DNA of 64,000 nucleotides from Octopus sinensis (GCF_006345805.1 NC_043008.1:11346001-11410000); one strand, 5' to 3'; counted from the first letter of the stretch, positions 40,809 through 54,213 are shown. The notes: generated by a model not told the origin, from the letters alone. Numbers and translations are program-made.

Positions 40809-42506
40809 ATTATGCTTTCATCCTTCGGAGTTAAAAACAGAGATAATGTACTGTACCCGAATAAAGCAATGGTCCTTCTAATCATTCAGACGCTCGCTGT
40901 GTGATTTGTGTTCCATCTCTTTTTCTAGTGAGTTCGAATCCTACAGTGACCTTCTTGTGATAGTCTTACTAATGTTTCTGACGTCAGCCCATCTACCGGA
41001 ATTTGGGTGCTTCAGGAGAGCCTACATTGTTGCAGTTGTTGAAGCATGGTTATAGCTTCAATAACATCTCCTACTTTCCCTACCAATTGAGTCGGACAGC
41101 CAGAAAAGGATCATGGCCACTACATCCCGCCTGACGAAAGGAAAATTGCATATATTGAACATGCCCTCCAAAGACGGAGCTTCTTCGATGTAGTTCGATC
41201 TGCATGAACTAGCAGCCGAATCATAAAAGCAAAAATATAATGATAGCTGTTAGAGAATCTCAAATGAAAGAAGAGAACATGTTTGTACTTAAATTTTACA
41301 CATAGTTAAGGGTGGGCGTGACATTCATTATTTGATATGTTTTTCAACAGAGTTCAATGAGAAAATTAATTAAAACAGCTATTAATTTGCATATTAACAT
41401 CAAACAACGTGTAAACTTGAATGTAGAACACAAACTACATCTTCAATACATTTAATTTAATTCATGTTCCGTGATGCTTCTGCTCATCCTTTCTATAATT
41501 AAGTATCTTACGTATTGTTTGTTTCAATTTGAGAACGATATTTCGCGATTAAAGTACCAAATTACAAGATTAAAGAATATTTAAGATGCACCCGCATTGA
41601 AACGATACAAATATTTTTGTATAAATTTCAGAATGTAATTTTATTTTGAAGTCGTGATTGAGCAGGAAATGCTGACATGGAGACGGAGAGAGAAGTAATG
41701 TAAAAGAGAGAGATAATGAGAGAAAGATGGAGAGAAAGATACAAGGAAGCAACAGAGAGAGAGTGAAAGCAATATATATATCAGAAGCGACAGAAGAGAG
41801 GTGGAGGAAAAGAGGTGGAAGAGTGAAGGCGTAAGAAAGGGGAAATATAACATAAAACGAATATAAAGTAATGATTCATATTGACAATAATAATCCCAAT
41901 ATGTGTATTAACAAGGTTATTAATGTTTAGTATGAACACAACAAGCAACACCACGATTCGAACAACAAAATTAAGAAAACAACAACATAGAGGAAAGCAA
42001 AACGCAACATCAGTAATGTTATTCCTATGATAATATTAGATAACATCGCTCCATCTAAAATTTAGCGTTTCGTTTCCAGTGGAATTTTTTGTTTGATGTA
42101 TCAAACCTCTTCTTAAGAACACTGTATAAACACAAGCACCACTACCACCACTACAACCACCAACACCACAGCCAACACTACTACCAGCATCACTCCCAAC
42201 AACAACAACAACAACAACAACAGCACCAGTACCACCAGCACAACAGGATTCACCAATGCTGCAATAACCGCATCACCATCACCACCATCACAACCACTAA
42301 CACCGCCACCCCACCTCCTCCTTCACCACCACCATCAACCACGTATAAAACAACTTACTAACAACAAGGAGATACCTAAATTTTGATACCCATAAATTAC
42401 ACGCGTCATAAATTGCCTTTTAATATTCATTGGATTGGTAAGTAAAAACAAGATAATAGCTTATGTATATATGTATGTATATATATATATATATATATAA
42501 TATTTA

Positions 42507-42539
<33 letters not shown>

Positions 42540-42627
42540 ATATGTATGTATGCATATATGTACGTATGTATGCATGTATGTATTTGGCAAACAAAATAAT
42601 CATAACATCGTATTTAGATTGTTCTAT

Positions 42628-42681
<54 letters not shown>

Positions 42682-44688
42682 TGTGTGTGTTGTGAGTTTG
42701 TGTGTGGTGTGTATACTTATAGTTATGTGTGTATTTATAGCAGTGCAACGTGGGGTCTAATTGGACTACAGATATAATGAAACGGCTTTCAAAAGGACAA
42801 GGTTACAATTTTACGGTGATGTAATACAGTAGTGTTACTCTAGCGAAGGAGAAAATAAAGACGAGGAAACGACTGCCATATTTTTCCCTTTCAGAGCAAC
42901 GGTTTGTGTATCTAAATGTATTGTATTAATTAATGTTGCCTGAGTAATGAAAAACAAGATGGTGTGATGATAGGAGAATGAAAGGATTATAATGTTATCT
43001 CGGAAATGGTGGAAATTGTAGGGAAAATAAGAATTTTACACTTATTATTAGTGAAAAAAATTAAGCTGGAATTTTCATACGTAGGAAATTAGATGTACCA
43101 ACAAACATTTATATAATAACAAAACAGAATCGATAGAAACAAATTGGAACGGAGAGCAGTTATTCGGAAGTAAAAAATCTGATACACAAAATGGAGAGCT
43201 TTGTTAAACGATGTAAACTACGGTAGAGAAAGGAGCTTAAATAGCTTTTACTTTCTATTGTGTTGATAATACACGAGGAACACAAAAAAGATCTAATAAA
43301 GTACGGCTGTCATAATCGAATTTAGTATTTTTGGCACTTGCATAATTTTCACTGTAAAATACATTCAGGGGTGGTTTCAGAAAAGAAATACATTCATATG
43401 AATGAAACACCTTTTTATCACACAAATACGGAAATAGAATGTTATTTCACAGATTAGATATATTAACAGAAATAACGAGTAAATTGGAAACCCCAAATGT
43501 AATACACTTTCACAGAAAAGTTGTAGGTCGTTTTTCTTCAAATAGATGATGATGGTGATTGTTTGATCTTCATACCTATTGATGCGAATCTGTCTATTTG
43601 GAATATATTTTCGCAATTTGATTGTCGTTGGTTCTTTTCTCGCCTTCAACGAGCGTCGACATATGTGCAGACTGCCATCTAAACTGGCAGCGGTAGGTAT
43701 TGTTTATTATATAAATCATTCATAATTCCTTTCCAGTTGTGTTAAATCTAAGTTAATGATCGATAATAAGTGAGAAAATATGTGAATGATATTGTTTAAT
43801 TTATTTTTGCGTATATTTAAAAAAGAAGACCTTATTTAGCGTAAAACAAAAAGAAGACCTTATTTAGCGACTAGTAAGTACAGTAACTCAAATTAAATTT
43901 TAAATTTATATGGCAGTTGTGATAATCATCGGGCAAGTATATTATTCTTTACCATAGTCATCCCATTATATGAAAAAAAAAAAAATACAATTTATAGTAT
44001 ATTATGTTTGTATAAGGAAATACCACGTACCAACAAAACATTAGTCCTTGCATACCAGCTCCCGGAATGAGCTTGATATGTAAATAGGTATATTCAATCA
44101 CATAACACTGGTGTATCCGGTGGCTCTATATGCAATGTGTTCGGAAGCAATACTGTGAAGAAGGGCGGCAACACCCGAAATATAGTATATACATTCATTA
44201 CCCAATTTTTCTTCGATCACATTGTCTGTTTACATCTGGAGTCTCAATACGAATAGATGTAACGATAATCAGTGCTGGTTATGAGTTCTACGGAATATCT
44301 GTTGAAATAACCTTAACAAAATAATGTAAGAGCACAGCTGATGCAATAAAACCGGTTACTGACTTAAGAAAACATTTAGTATACCTTAGAGTACATTGTG
44401 TTCGTAGAACAAAGTACCACGTACTTCTAAATCTTTAATGTTTTCATACCAGCCCAAGGAATGCGATTAATATGTAATTTGGTATATCCAATGAATTAAC
44501 ACTACTGTATGCGGTGGCTATATAAGCAATATGCTCGGAGGTGAGAATGAGCTAGACGAGTGCTAATGAAAGGGCAAATGCCACCGAAATATGGCATTTA
44601 CACTTATTTCCCACAATACACTTCGCATTGTTTTCGCCTTCAAATAACGCCACCCCGCTGGCTAAGCGAGCAGGCCAATGTATATATA

Positions 44689-44836
44689 CTTTATTTAAAG
44701 CAGCAGAAAATTCAACAAAACCTGTTACTCTGAGTTTTTGTTGAATTTTCTGCTGCTTTAAATAAAGCATATTACTCTACCACTGATATTTGAGTACTCT
44801 TTTTTACACCTTGTTTCACATTTATGTGTTTATTCC

Positions 44837-44838
<2 letters not shown>
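44689..44838. mobile_element. Fold-back element family F1, centre deleted, (TA)n-flanked
   Basis: Same arms and 3' extension as 47508-47735. Confidence 0.8.
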
Positions 44839-44897
<59 letters not shown>

Positions 44898-44902
44898 CTA
44901 TA

Positions 44903-44936
<34 letters not shown>

Positions 44937-45683
44937 CATATATATACATATATATGTATTATGCTTGCATGCATGCATGTATGTACGTTCGTGCTTACGT
45001 TATGTGTATACACACACGCACATACACATATACACAGATATGCACACGCACACACACATACACACACACATATATGGTATGTAAACTGTTTCTGGTATCT
45101 AATTGTTGATTATGATAAATATGTTTACAGTTGGTGATGTAGAAGGTTGAATGAGTAACTGATCTATTAACCTGATATATTTTAACACAAGTTCCAAAAC
45201 ATAGATTTTAGGGAAAATATGTTATCCTTGGAACAACGACGAACGATAAAGAGATAAATTTATCATGTTGGGATGTATGCTCAGATGGTTAGAAGAAGAT
45301 AAGCGCAATAGTGTTTTTGAAGATCAAGCGGGAGTTGTTAAAATAATTACAATTAATATAATTCGCTCGATTTAATCGATTATGTTCGCTTCTCTAAAAA
45401 AAAGAGATTATTAATTTTACTCAGGAGGTGTTTTGCCAGTCAGAAAATTTGAAACTCCTCTTAGAAGCACGAATTCCTCTCTATCATTGGCATAATTATT
45501 AGTAATTTCGATCTCTTCCACTCTCTGTTTCACATTGACTGTGTTCGCATCAGTGATAAAAATTATACTCAATACAAGATGGAGAGCAAATAAAATGTTT
45601 TGTAATATATATATATTATATATTATATATATATAAAATTACATATAGTTATACATATATATGTGCATTATCTACACATACAT

Positions 45684-45716
<33 letters not shown>

Positions 45717-46192
45717 ATATATATATATATATGTATCCATGTATACGTATATATATATATATATATATATACAGATAGATAGATATATCATGCATCAAAA
45801 TAAGCAACAAGGATATCCAGAGGTAATGCAGTACGATCGTTTCATGCGACTCCATTTAATTGGATATACTTGTTGCTTATTTTGATTTTAACCACCTTAT
45901 TTTGAAATTGTATGGATAATATCGTACTAAATTCTGGTGCCTCAATTTAAGTACCATATTCATCTGAATCGAAATTTTTACTGAACTCATCTACTATACC
46001 TAAGTATATATCATGTATGTATATAAAATATGAGTGAAAGAAATTGGGATTCACGAGATTCTTTATTATTCACTAAGATCGTTTGAACCCATCGTGTGTC
46101 TTAGCCTGGTAGGTGAGATGCTGTACAAACAGGTGTGGTGCATCATTGGTGCAGATGAGTCTCCTCGCTTAACTTGTCAAAAGGTATCTCAA

Positions 46193-46422
46193 GGCGGCGA
46201 GCTGGCAGAAACGATAGCACGCCCGGCGAAATGCGTAGCCGTATTTCGTCTGTCGTTACGTTCTGAGTTCAAATTCGGCCGAGGTAGACTTTGCCTTTCA
46301 TCCTTTCGGGGTCGATAAATTAAGTACCAGTTACGCACTGGGGTCGATGTAATCGACTTAATACCTATGTCTGTCCTTGTTTGTCCCCTCTGTCTTTAGC
46401 CCCTTGTGGGTAATAAAGAAAT
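46193..46422 (+). mobile_element. SINE family C with probable TSD AGGTATCTCA
   Basis: AGGTATCTCA at 46182-46191 and 46423-46432. Confidence 0.88.
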
Positions 46423-46633
46423 AGGTATCTCATGTTTTATTTCCGTGCATATTTGAGATAGTGCCCCCGTTTGTGGCAAATACTCAAAACTAAATTGTTT
46501 ATGGAAGCAAAAACTTATCAGACTGCCAGACTGCTTGTAGCAGACTAGTCGTTTCCAACGGTTTGAAGTTCTCTTTTTGAGCGTGCTCAAAAAAAAATAA
46601 AGTAAAAGGGAAAAAAATGGAATTTACGCTCGC

Positions 46634-46664
<31 letters not shown>

Positions 46665-46714
46665 ACAATGAAAGCGAACCGAACTCTACCCTTATATTCA
46701 TTTGCAACCAATTG

Positions 46715-46901
46715 TTTCTTCTTCTTCTTCTTCTTCTTTTGTTTTCTTCTTCTTCTTCTTCTTCTTCTTCTCTTCTTCTTCTCCTCTTCTTCTTCTACTA
46801 CTTCTACCACCACTACTACTACTACTACTACTGCTACTACTATCACTACTACTACTACTAGTACCACCACCACCGCCACCACTACTACTACTACTACTAC
46901 T

Positions 46902-46943
<42 letters not shown>

Positions 46944-46990
46944 TCTCATCGCAGCTACTACCAGCGCTACTACTGCTACTTCTACTATGG
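46715..46990. repeat. (CTT)n/(CTA)n compound microsatellite
   Basis: Direct reading. Confidence 0.95.
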
Positions 46991-47437
46991 CAAATCTAGT
47001 TGTTTCTGTAGTATTAAACATTTCCACCGCTACTAGTAAATTGACAATCCAATTAAGCAGCATTTATATGTGAAACGTGTAATTAAAATTATGACTCAGC
47101 GCACACAATACAGTAATATGGACTCTGCTGGAGAAAAACCAGATTGTTACGGTTGAGATGGCATTCATAACATATTGCACGAGTGCTGAAATGCAGACAA
47201 ATACCAATTACGATTCATCATGTGAACCTCTAAGTAAGAATAGCAGATATATTCTAAACTGAAATCTTATTCTAATATTCTTATTTAAAGCAGTGGTTCT
47301 CACCCGAGGTACGCATGGCCCTTAATGGTCCTTATAAGATTTTTGTTGTTAAAATTTATGTGCAGTAAAGCGGATATGCTTCTAACAACATCACCAATAA
47401 CAGTTGTCAGCCACAAGGAAAAAGGGAAAAGCTCGTC

Positions 47438-47507
<70 letters not shown>

Positions 47508-47508
<1 letters not shown>

Positions 47509-47735
47509 TTTATTTAAAGCAGCAGAAAATTCAACAAAACCTGTTACTCTGAGTTTCGCGTTGCGTTCATCGGACAGTTTTTTCTAACAAAAACTGTCCG
47601 ATAAACGGCAACGCGAAACTCAGAATAACAGGTTTTGTTGAATTTTCTGCTGCTTTAAATAAAGCATATTACTCTACCACTGGTAGTTGAGTACTCTTTT
47701 TTCCACCTTATTTCACATTTATGTGTTTACTCCAG
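47508..47735. mobile_element. Fold-back element family F1 with a hammerhead-like motif, in (TA)n
   Basis: ~76-bp arms (47508-47583 and 47589-47664) with a 5-nt loop CTAAC. Confidence 0.8.
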
Positions 47736-47759
<24 letters not shown>

Positions 47760-47774
<15 letters not shown>

Positions 47775-47990
47775 ATATGTTTTTGTGTCTGTGTTTGTCT
47801 CCCCCACCATCGCTTGACAACCGATGCTAGTGTGTTTGCGTCCCCGTCACTTAGCGGTTCGGCAAAAGAGACCGATAGAATATGTATTAGGCTTACAAAG
47901 AATAAGTCCTGGGGTCGATTTGCTCGACTAAAGGCGGTGCTCCAGAATGGCCGCAGTCAAATGACTGAAACAAATAAATGAGTAAAAGAG
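47760..47990 (+). mobile_element. SINE family A 3' half
   Basis: CGCTTGACAACCGATG...GACTGAAACAA matches the other copies. Confidence 0.85.
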
Positions 47991-48838
47991 TATGTGTTTT
48001 AAAGCACGGAATGGCTACGAGGGAACATCCAAGTAAATAAGGAAATAAAGGGAGCCATAGGTTAAAAAAAAATGTGAGAACAATTGAATTAAAGGTGAAC
48101 ACTACACTGAATAACGTAGTGCTATATAACACCAAAAACGATGGGATGTTCACGTTTGGAATGTCTATGGTAATAGGTTTTCTCAACGACAACTTGCATA
48201 GGACTAAAGAACAACGACAGCAATAGTAACACCATCACCACCGTTCACAACATAAGGAAGTACCACAAATACTACTTCTACTTACAAATTACCTACAAAC
48301 TGATAAATGTCTGAATAGATGTAAGAGAGAAAAAAAAGAACAGAAATATGACAAATACTAAGAAACCGTTACACAGCCCATCTAATAAATATATATAATA
48401 TGTTTAGCGAAGAACTTCAATGAAAATATTATGAACATCTAGAATAATGAAAGTGTCAATCAAAAATACTTGAGTGACTTAAATCAGTCTCAAACCCAAA
48501 CAGAGGAAAATAAGAATATCATTAACAAATAAATTCATTGAAAGAGATGTCAGGAAAAAAATACAAGGAAAAGTAGTAGAAAATTTTATTAGTAAAACTA
48601 TAAGCAACACCGAAAAAATTGTGATATATCACAACAAAACCAAAAGGAACATAGAGACTGTGTTATAGACTTTAATTGCAAATCGCAGTATTATATCCTT
48701 CTACTTAATGTTCTGCAGCGAGACTCTAAATGTATTGAGTGAATCTCATTAGGACGAATATTTCTTCTGAAATATGTTTATGTATCAGATGCATTGAATC
48801 CCTCAAGCGACATTGCTTTGAACTGCATAACTGTATGT

Positions 48839-48925
<87 letters not shown>

Positions 48926-49039
48926 ATATCTATATATATGTGTGTGTGTGTGTGTGTATGTATATATATATATGTATATATATATGTATATATACGTATA
49001 TATGTACATATATATGTATATATATATACATATATATAC

Positions 49040-49071
<32 letters not shown>

Positions 49072-49347
49072 CAATTTATATATATGTGTATATATATATA
49101 TATATCTTTATATATATATATTTATATATATATACACATATATATATGTGTGTGTGTATATGTATATGTGGATATATATACATGAGCATGTGTATAGATA
49201 TATGCGTCTATATATACTCACACACACACAGACATACACATAGAGAAATGTCTGTGCATAGGTAGTTAAACATACATGCACTGCACACAATCATACACAG
49301 AAAAACTTATGCACAAACAGTCACATATATAAGTGAGGGAGAGTGAC

Positions 49348-49385
<38 letters not shown>

Positions 49386-49954
49386 TGAGAGAGAAAGAGA
49401 GTGAGAGAGGAAGAGAGGGAGAGAGAGCGAATGAGGTAAAGCGACAGGTAAATATAAAGATTGAAAGCAGATAATCGCTTCTATTAGTCAACCAAAACAT
49501 AACAAATTTTTAGATGTGATCTACTAATGTTCTGTAACATCAACAATAATCGTATTTATACGAATCCATTATTACTTTTAAAAAAAGACAACTTACAAAA
49601 TTTCAGTCGATTCTATACTTAAGATTGTCAACTTACAAATAATTTTAACCGAAACAAGTTTTCCCTCTACTGTCATCTCAGCAACTCTGTCCATTATATA
49701 TATATATACATTGAGTTTTACAACAAAAACTTTACTCGTCTATGTAAAAAAATATCTCCCTTATGTCTTTCCATTTCATTTTCCAAAGTATCAGCATTCA
49801 GCGGTATTTTAAAGTATCATAATGATACGTTATCCCAGGGTGACAAACACAATCGAACAGGGGGCCAAAACTCAAAAGAGCTCTTTAGGTCGCGGGCCGC
49901 AAAGGATAATATTTATTGAACAGTTTAAAACGTTTTAAACATGAATGTGTATTT

Positions 49955-50172
49955 CTTTCTTTTTTTCTTTTTACTTGTTTCAGTCATTTGACTGCGGCCA
50001 TGCTGGAGCACCGCCTTTAGTCGAGCAAATCGACCCTGGGACTTATTCTTTGTGAGCCTAGTACTTATTCTATCAGTCTCTTTTGCCGAACCGCTAAGTT
50101 ACGGGGACGTAAACATACCAGCATCGGTTGTCAAGCAATGCTAGGGAGAAAAACACAGACATACAAACCCCC

Positions 50173-50205
<33 letters not shown>

Positions 50206-50360
50206 TACGACACGCTTCTTTCAGTTTCCGTCTACCAAATCCAGTCACAAGGCCCAGGGCTATAGCAGAAGACACTTGTCCAAGATGCCACGCAGTGGGA
50301 CTGAACCCGGAACCATGTGGTTGGCTAGCAAGCTACTTACCACACAGCACCTCCTGCGCT
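49955..50360 (-). mobile_element. SINE family A, full length
   Basis: Matches 61441-61836. Confidence 0.9.
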
Positions 50361-50571
50361 ATTGAAACAGATAGAATATGATTTTTTCCAAAAGTAAATT
50401 AACTTTAAATTAAATTGCTTAAAATATTTTGCTCTGCGTTAATGTCTTCTGTCAAAATTATACAAATTTAAAATAAGAACGTTGCAAAAAAAAGAAAGAA
50501 AATATAAATAAAAAATGTGTATTTCAGTGAAAAAAATGCGTATGTATATGTGTGTATAAATATGTGCGTGT

Positions 50572-51048
50572 GGGCAAATCAGTGGCCATCTCACACACCT
50601 GATCAGCAAATGTATTGCTACTAATAATCACAACAAACGGTTGCTTCAGGTCTGGAGACAAAACGTCATACATTTTCAGCATGCATCTCTTCACAAACTC
50701 TCCTTAGGTAAATGGCTGGGCAGATTTTGCGATTTCCTCTGCCACAATAAAACTTGCTTTAACAACAGCTTCACTTTGTGATTATGCTTTGGTTAAAAAA
50801 ATCTGTTGTAATGTGAGATTTCCATTCAACTCGTCTACCTTTCGTTGCTTCTGCTCAGCAGTGAGTTATTTATATTTGACCTGATGTTTTGTCTTGAGGT
50901 GGCGCTTGAGATTATATTTTTCAAGTACAGTAACATTAGCACCACAATTGACACACACAGATTTGCCATCAACGTCAGTGAACATGTACTCTGTTTCCTA
51001 CAGGATTTGAAATGCTATGTTTTCAGCATCGACATTTCTCTTGGCCGT
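50572..51048 (-). pseudogene. hAT transposase N-terminus with BED-like zinc finger, disrupted
   Basis: AKRNVDAEN..F...ETEYMFTDVDGKSVCVNCGANV...NLKRHLKTKH...SEAVVKASFIVAEEIAKSAQPFT.GEFVKRCMLK...ADQVCEMATDL, with stops and frameshifts. Confidence 0.85.
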
Positions 51049-52430
51049 TGTTATAAATAATTACTATTACCGAATGACGTCATGTGAAAATGAAAATGAC
51101 CATCCGAAAGAGCGGTAAGGCGGCTGTTGCAGGGGCATTATGGGATTAGTAGATTTTGCGTCATCAGCGCTTCACAACACGCGATTAGAGAAACGAAGGA
51201 GGTGTTCCCCATCATGCTTTGTTGAAGTTACGTTTAAGACATGTGACTGTGTTATCATGCCTCTTTAATGTGTTCTTGTACAGACAATGTGTAATAGTTA
51301 AAATGGCGTTGCTTCTGGTCGTGGTGACGCCCTTAGTAAGAAAGGTAGTGCAGTCAGTATTATATATAATGTTATGGTCGCCACAGACTATGTATGAGTA
51401 GTTGTAACAAGAAGGCATGGGTGTTGCTGAGGGCAGCAAAGTACTCTATTTGCTGATACCGCTATTTGGACCAATTTCTTCCTGATACAAATATGATCCC
51501 GCGGGCCGCATGGAAATGTGGCAGTTGCCAGCGGTCCGGGAATTTTTCTTGTCTGTATTAGGCCAATGAAGTGTCTCTTTTAAGATATTAAGGTGAGTTA
51601 TGCAAAGAACATCCTCAGCTCCTTAATAAAAACGAAGAGCAAATGCAAGGACGCCTAATTGATTTATTGAAACTCTTCCATTCAGCCTTCTAATGATGTC
51701 GAATTGTCACACAAGCAGGTGACTTAGAAATACTCGACCACAGTTTGTAGACAATGTGTAAAAAGTCACTTTTTTCAAGAAGATAACTTGGAATGTAACT
51801 TCATCAGTGCTGACATGAACAGTGACGAATATTTTCACGACTCATTTATAACCGAAATTTCTCAGAAAATAAAATTCTAAAATTAATTTGAGTTGCAGTT
51901 GAAACTCGTAACTCTTTCATATTGTCTGACTTTCTTGATGAAAATACTGCTGTTGGCTCCGGTAAATTGGCTAAGCTTACCTCTAGTGCAAATGCACCAC
52001 GTGGTGGACAAAAATGTTGTTTACCAAGGAATTTTCAACAATATCCGAATTGTACAAACAGAGATATTATTTGTTTGTAGTGTAAGATGTATGATAAAAA
52101 CCAAGCTTTTAATCTCTGTCTAATAGATACCTGTAAAACTTTTGTTTGAAAGAAACTCTATCGATAAAAGAATTAATTGTAATCTCTAAGTCGGCTTTGC
52201 TTAACTAAATGCGTACAAAAGACGATAAGAGCATGGCATCAGTAGCTTCAGTTAATTTCATTATGCCAATTAAAAAATGTGGACAAAAATAAAATTAAAG
52301 GTAGATGATTTTACGTGTGTTTAAACACGCTTATTCATACCTGGATATACAAAATTGAATTTAAAATTTACGCATACTGAATCAAAATATGTTATGATTA
52401 CACGCTTGCCCACTGCTCAGCCTAAGCCAA

Positions 52431-52804
52431 TCTCTCTCTATATAAAAGGCAAAATGTTTGTCTGTGTGTGTGTGCGTGTCCTTTATACAAATCCACAATG
52501 TTTCGGTTACAGGGCTCGCATTTTCTATGGTCATTCAAAACCGTCCAAGGGTGGTCGTGCACATCTTTACATTTCCCCAGTCAACCCGCAAAGTCATTAA
52601 AAAATCGATAGAAATGACTTTTTTGTGAATTTTCTATCCAAAACCCAATCAAAATGCCCGAAACTTGATACGTCAATTGAATGCCAGCTATCTCTATGTG
52701 ATTGGTCGGAGATTTAGGCTCTACCCGCGTGTATGTGCGCACGCACGCAGCTGTATATGCATGCACTAGCACTATGACCCGGCGTTGCCGGGTCATAGTG
52801 CTAG
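52431..52804 (+). mobile_element. Non-autonomous Helitron
   Basis: A|TCTCTCTCTATATAAAAGGC 5' end similar to 27156; 3' hairpin GACCCGGC-GTT-GCCGGGTC then CTAG|T. Confidence 0.8.
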
Positions 52805-53944
52805 TTAGCTAGTAAAATATTTTCTTGCAGTATATTTTGTGCTTTCGAACATATTTCTCACCATATAGTCTTCCGTTCTGATGATATGGTAAGGTCAATT
52901 CAGTTCTTCTTTAAACATCTTGGTTGCTGTCTTTAAACTGCTGTGTATTTCCCCACAAACTTATTCATAAAAACGAGTTGGATGACTCGCATGTCTGCTT
53001 AGAGATAATCATCAGATATGGCAAGAAATTAGTGGAAGATAATAACAACGGCATCTAAATTCCTAAAAGTTCCTTGACGCTGAATAACGATAAATGGGAT
53101 TTTTGCGCTAAATCTATATGTAATCTAGTTTATCAAATTAGCCATAATGAATTGTGTGCTGACCTTTCAGGTTTATATCCACTTAAAATAATGCCCATGT
53201 TAACTAATGTGAAACCCTATCTTGTTATGTCTGTTATTATATCTAATGTATGTATTCTTCATTTCTTTGAAGAAATTCGCTCTTTAATGAGAGATCAAAT
53301 TCCGGTCATACAGGAATTTGTAACGGCAATGAATATCAATAATGAATAAAGGGATATTGGAGAGACTGTAGAACCTACAATAGGAAAACAAATACCGGTT
53401 GATATCGAAATAAATACTAACTTTTCAGATATTAATCCTGCTGCGAAATGCAATGATTAGGAACCTGTAAATTATGTAAAATGTCGAGAATGTTAAAACC
53501 TATGCCAATACCTTTGAGGCTCATGTTTGCAAGAGAGATTTGATGAGAAATCCGTAGTTTATACATTAGATACAGTACACAAAAAAATCTATGAATACAC
53601 GTCGTACCTAAATGAAGCATTAGATACAACTTATGTTATCTATTTCTGCATTCTGCTATTTGAATTCAAATATTGTCGAAGTCAGTCATATCCTTCAGTG
53701 TTTTCGGAGTCGATAATCAAAATTCGAGTCCACAAGATTTTTTTTATATGCGTACGTCTATGTGTGTATCATTCTGTCAGTGTTTGTTTCCGTCTTTAGC
53801 TTGACAACTGGTGTCGGTTTGTTTACGTCCATAGATTAGCGGTTGGCAAAAGACACCAATAAAATAAGTACTGGGTTAAAAAAACAGAACTATTGTGATA
53901 CAGTTATATATTTAAGAGATGAGGAATTATGTACATTATTTACA

Positions 53945-54080
53945 TTATTTACATTCAACGGATATTAGCCCTCATCTTGTTTGTTGTTAACACAACGTTT
54001 CGGCTGATATACCCTCCAGCCGTCTTCAGGTGTCTCAACAACAAACAAGATGAGGACAAATATCCGTTGAATGTAAATAA
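53945..54080 (-). mobile_element. Fold-back Penelope-like element F2 with a minimal hammerhead motif in the loop
   Basis: 44-bp arms with 2 mismatches; minus strand GACAC CTGAAGA C GGCTG..CAGCC GAAA CGT T GTGTT. Confidence 0.7.
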
Positions 54081-54213
54081 GCATTATTGCGGTCCATTCA
54101 TTCGACTAAAGTACCTAAATACTGCTGTACAGTAGTAAATCTAATGTGACTGCATTACAGGAGATGCAAAATAGTAACACCACAAAGTATTATATTATTA
54201 CAAGTGAGACTAA

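Larger units (their letters stand above)
49836..51540 (-). mobile_element. Internally deleted hAT transposon (SPIN/GTF2IRD2-type), interrupted by SINE A
   Basis: CAGGGTGACAAAC terminus at 49836; CGCGGGCCGCA subterminal motifs near 49890 and 51500; transposase relic between them; the right boundary is approximate. Confidence 0.65.

Noticed and set aside
42089-42361. His/Gln/Thr/Pro-rich ORF resembling a transcription-factor low-complexity region
   Set aside because: Cryptic (CAA)/(CAC) trinucleotide tract with no convincing splice context or domain
44017-44610. Nuclear mitochondrial insertion (TGA read as Trp)
   Set aside because: TAA and TAG stops remain and no mitochondrial protein motif is recognisable
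51690-51790. piggyBac-like Cys-rich C-terminus (CHT...TVCRQCVKS)
   Set aside because: Too short and frameshifted, with no DDD domain or TTAA ends found
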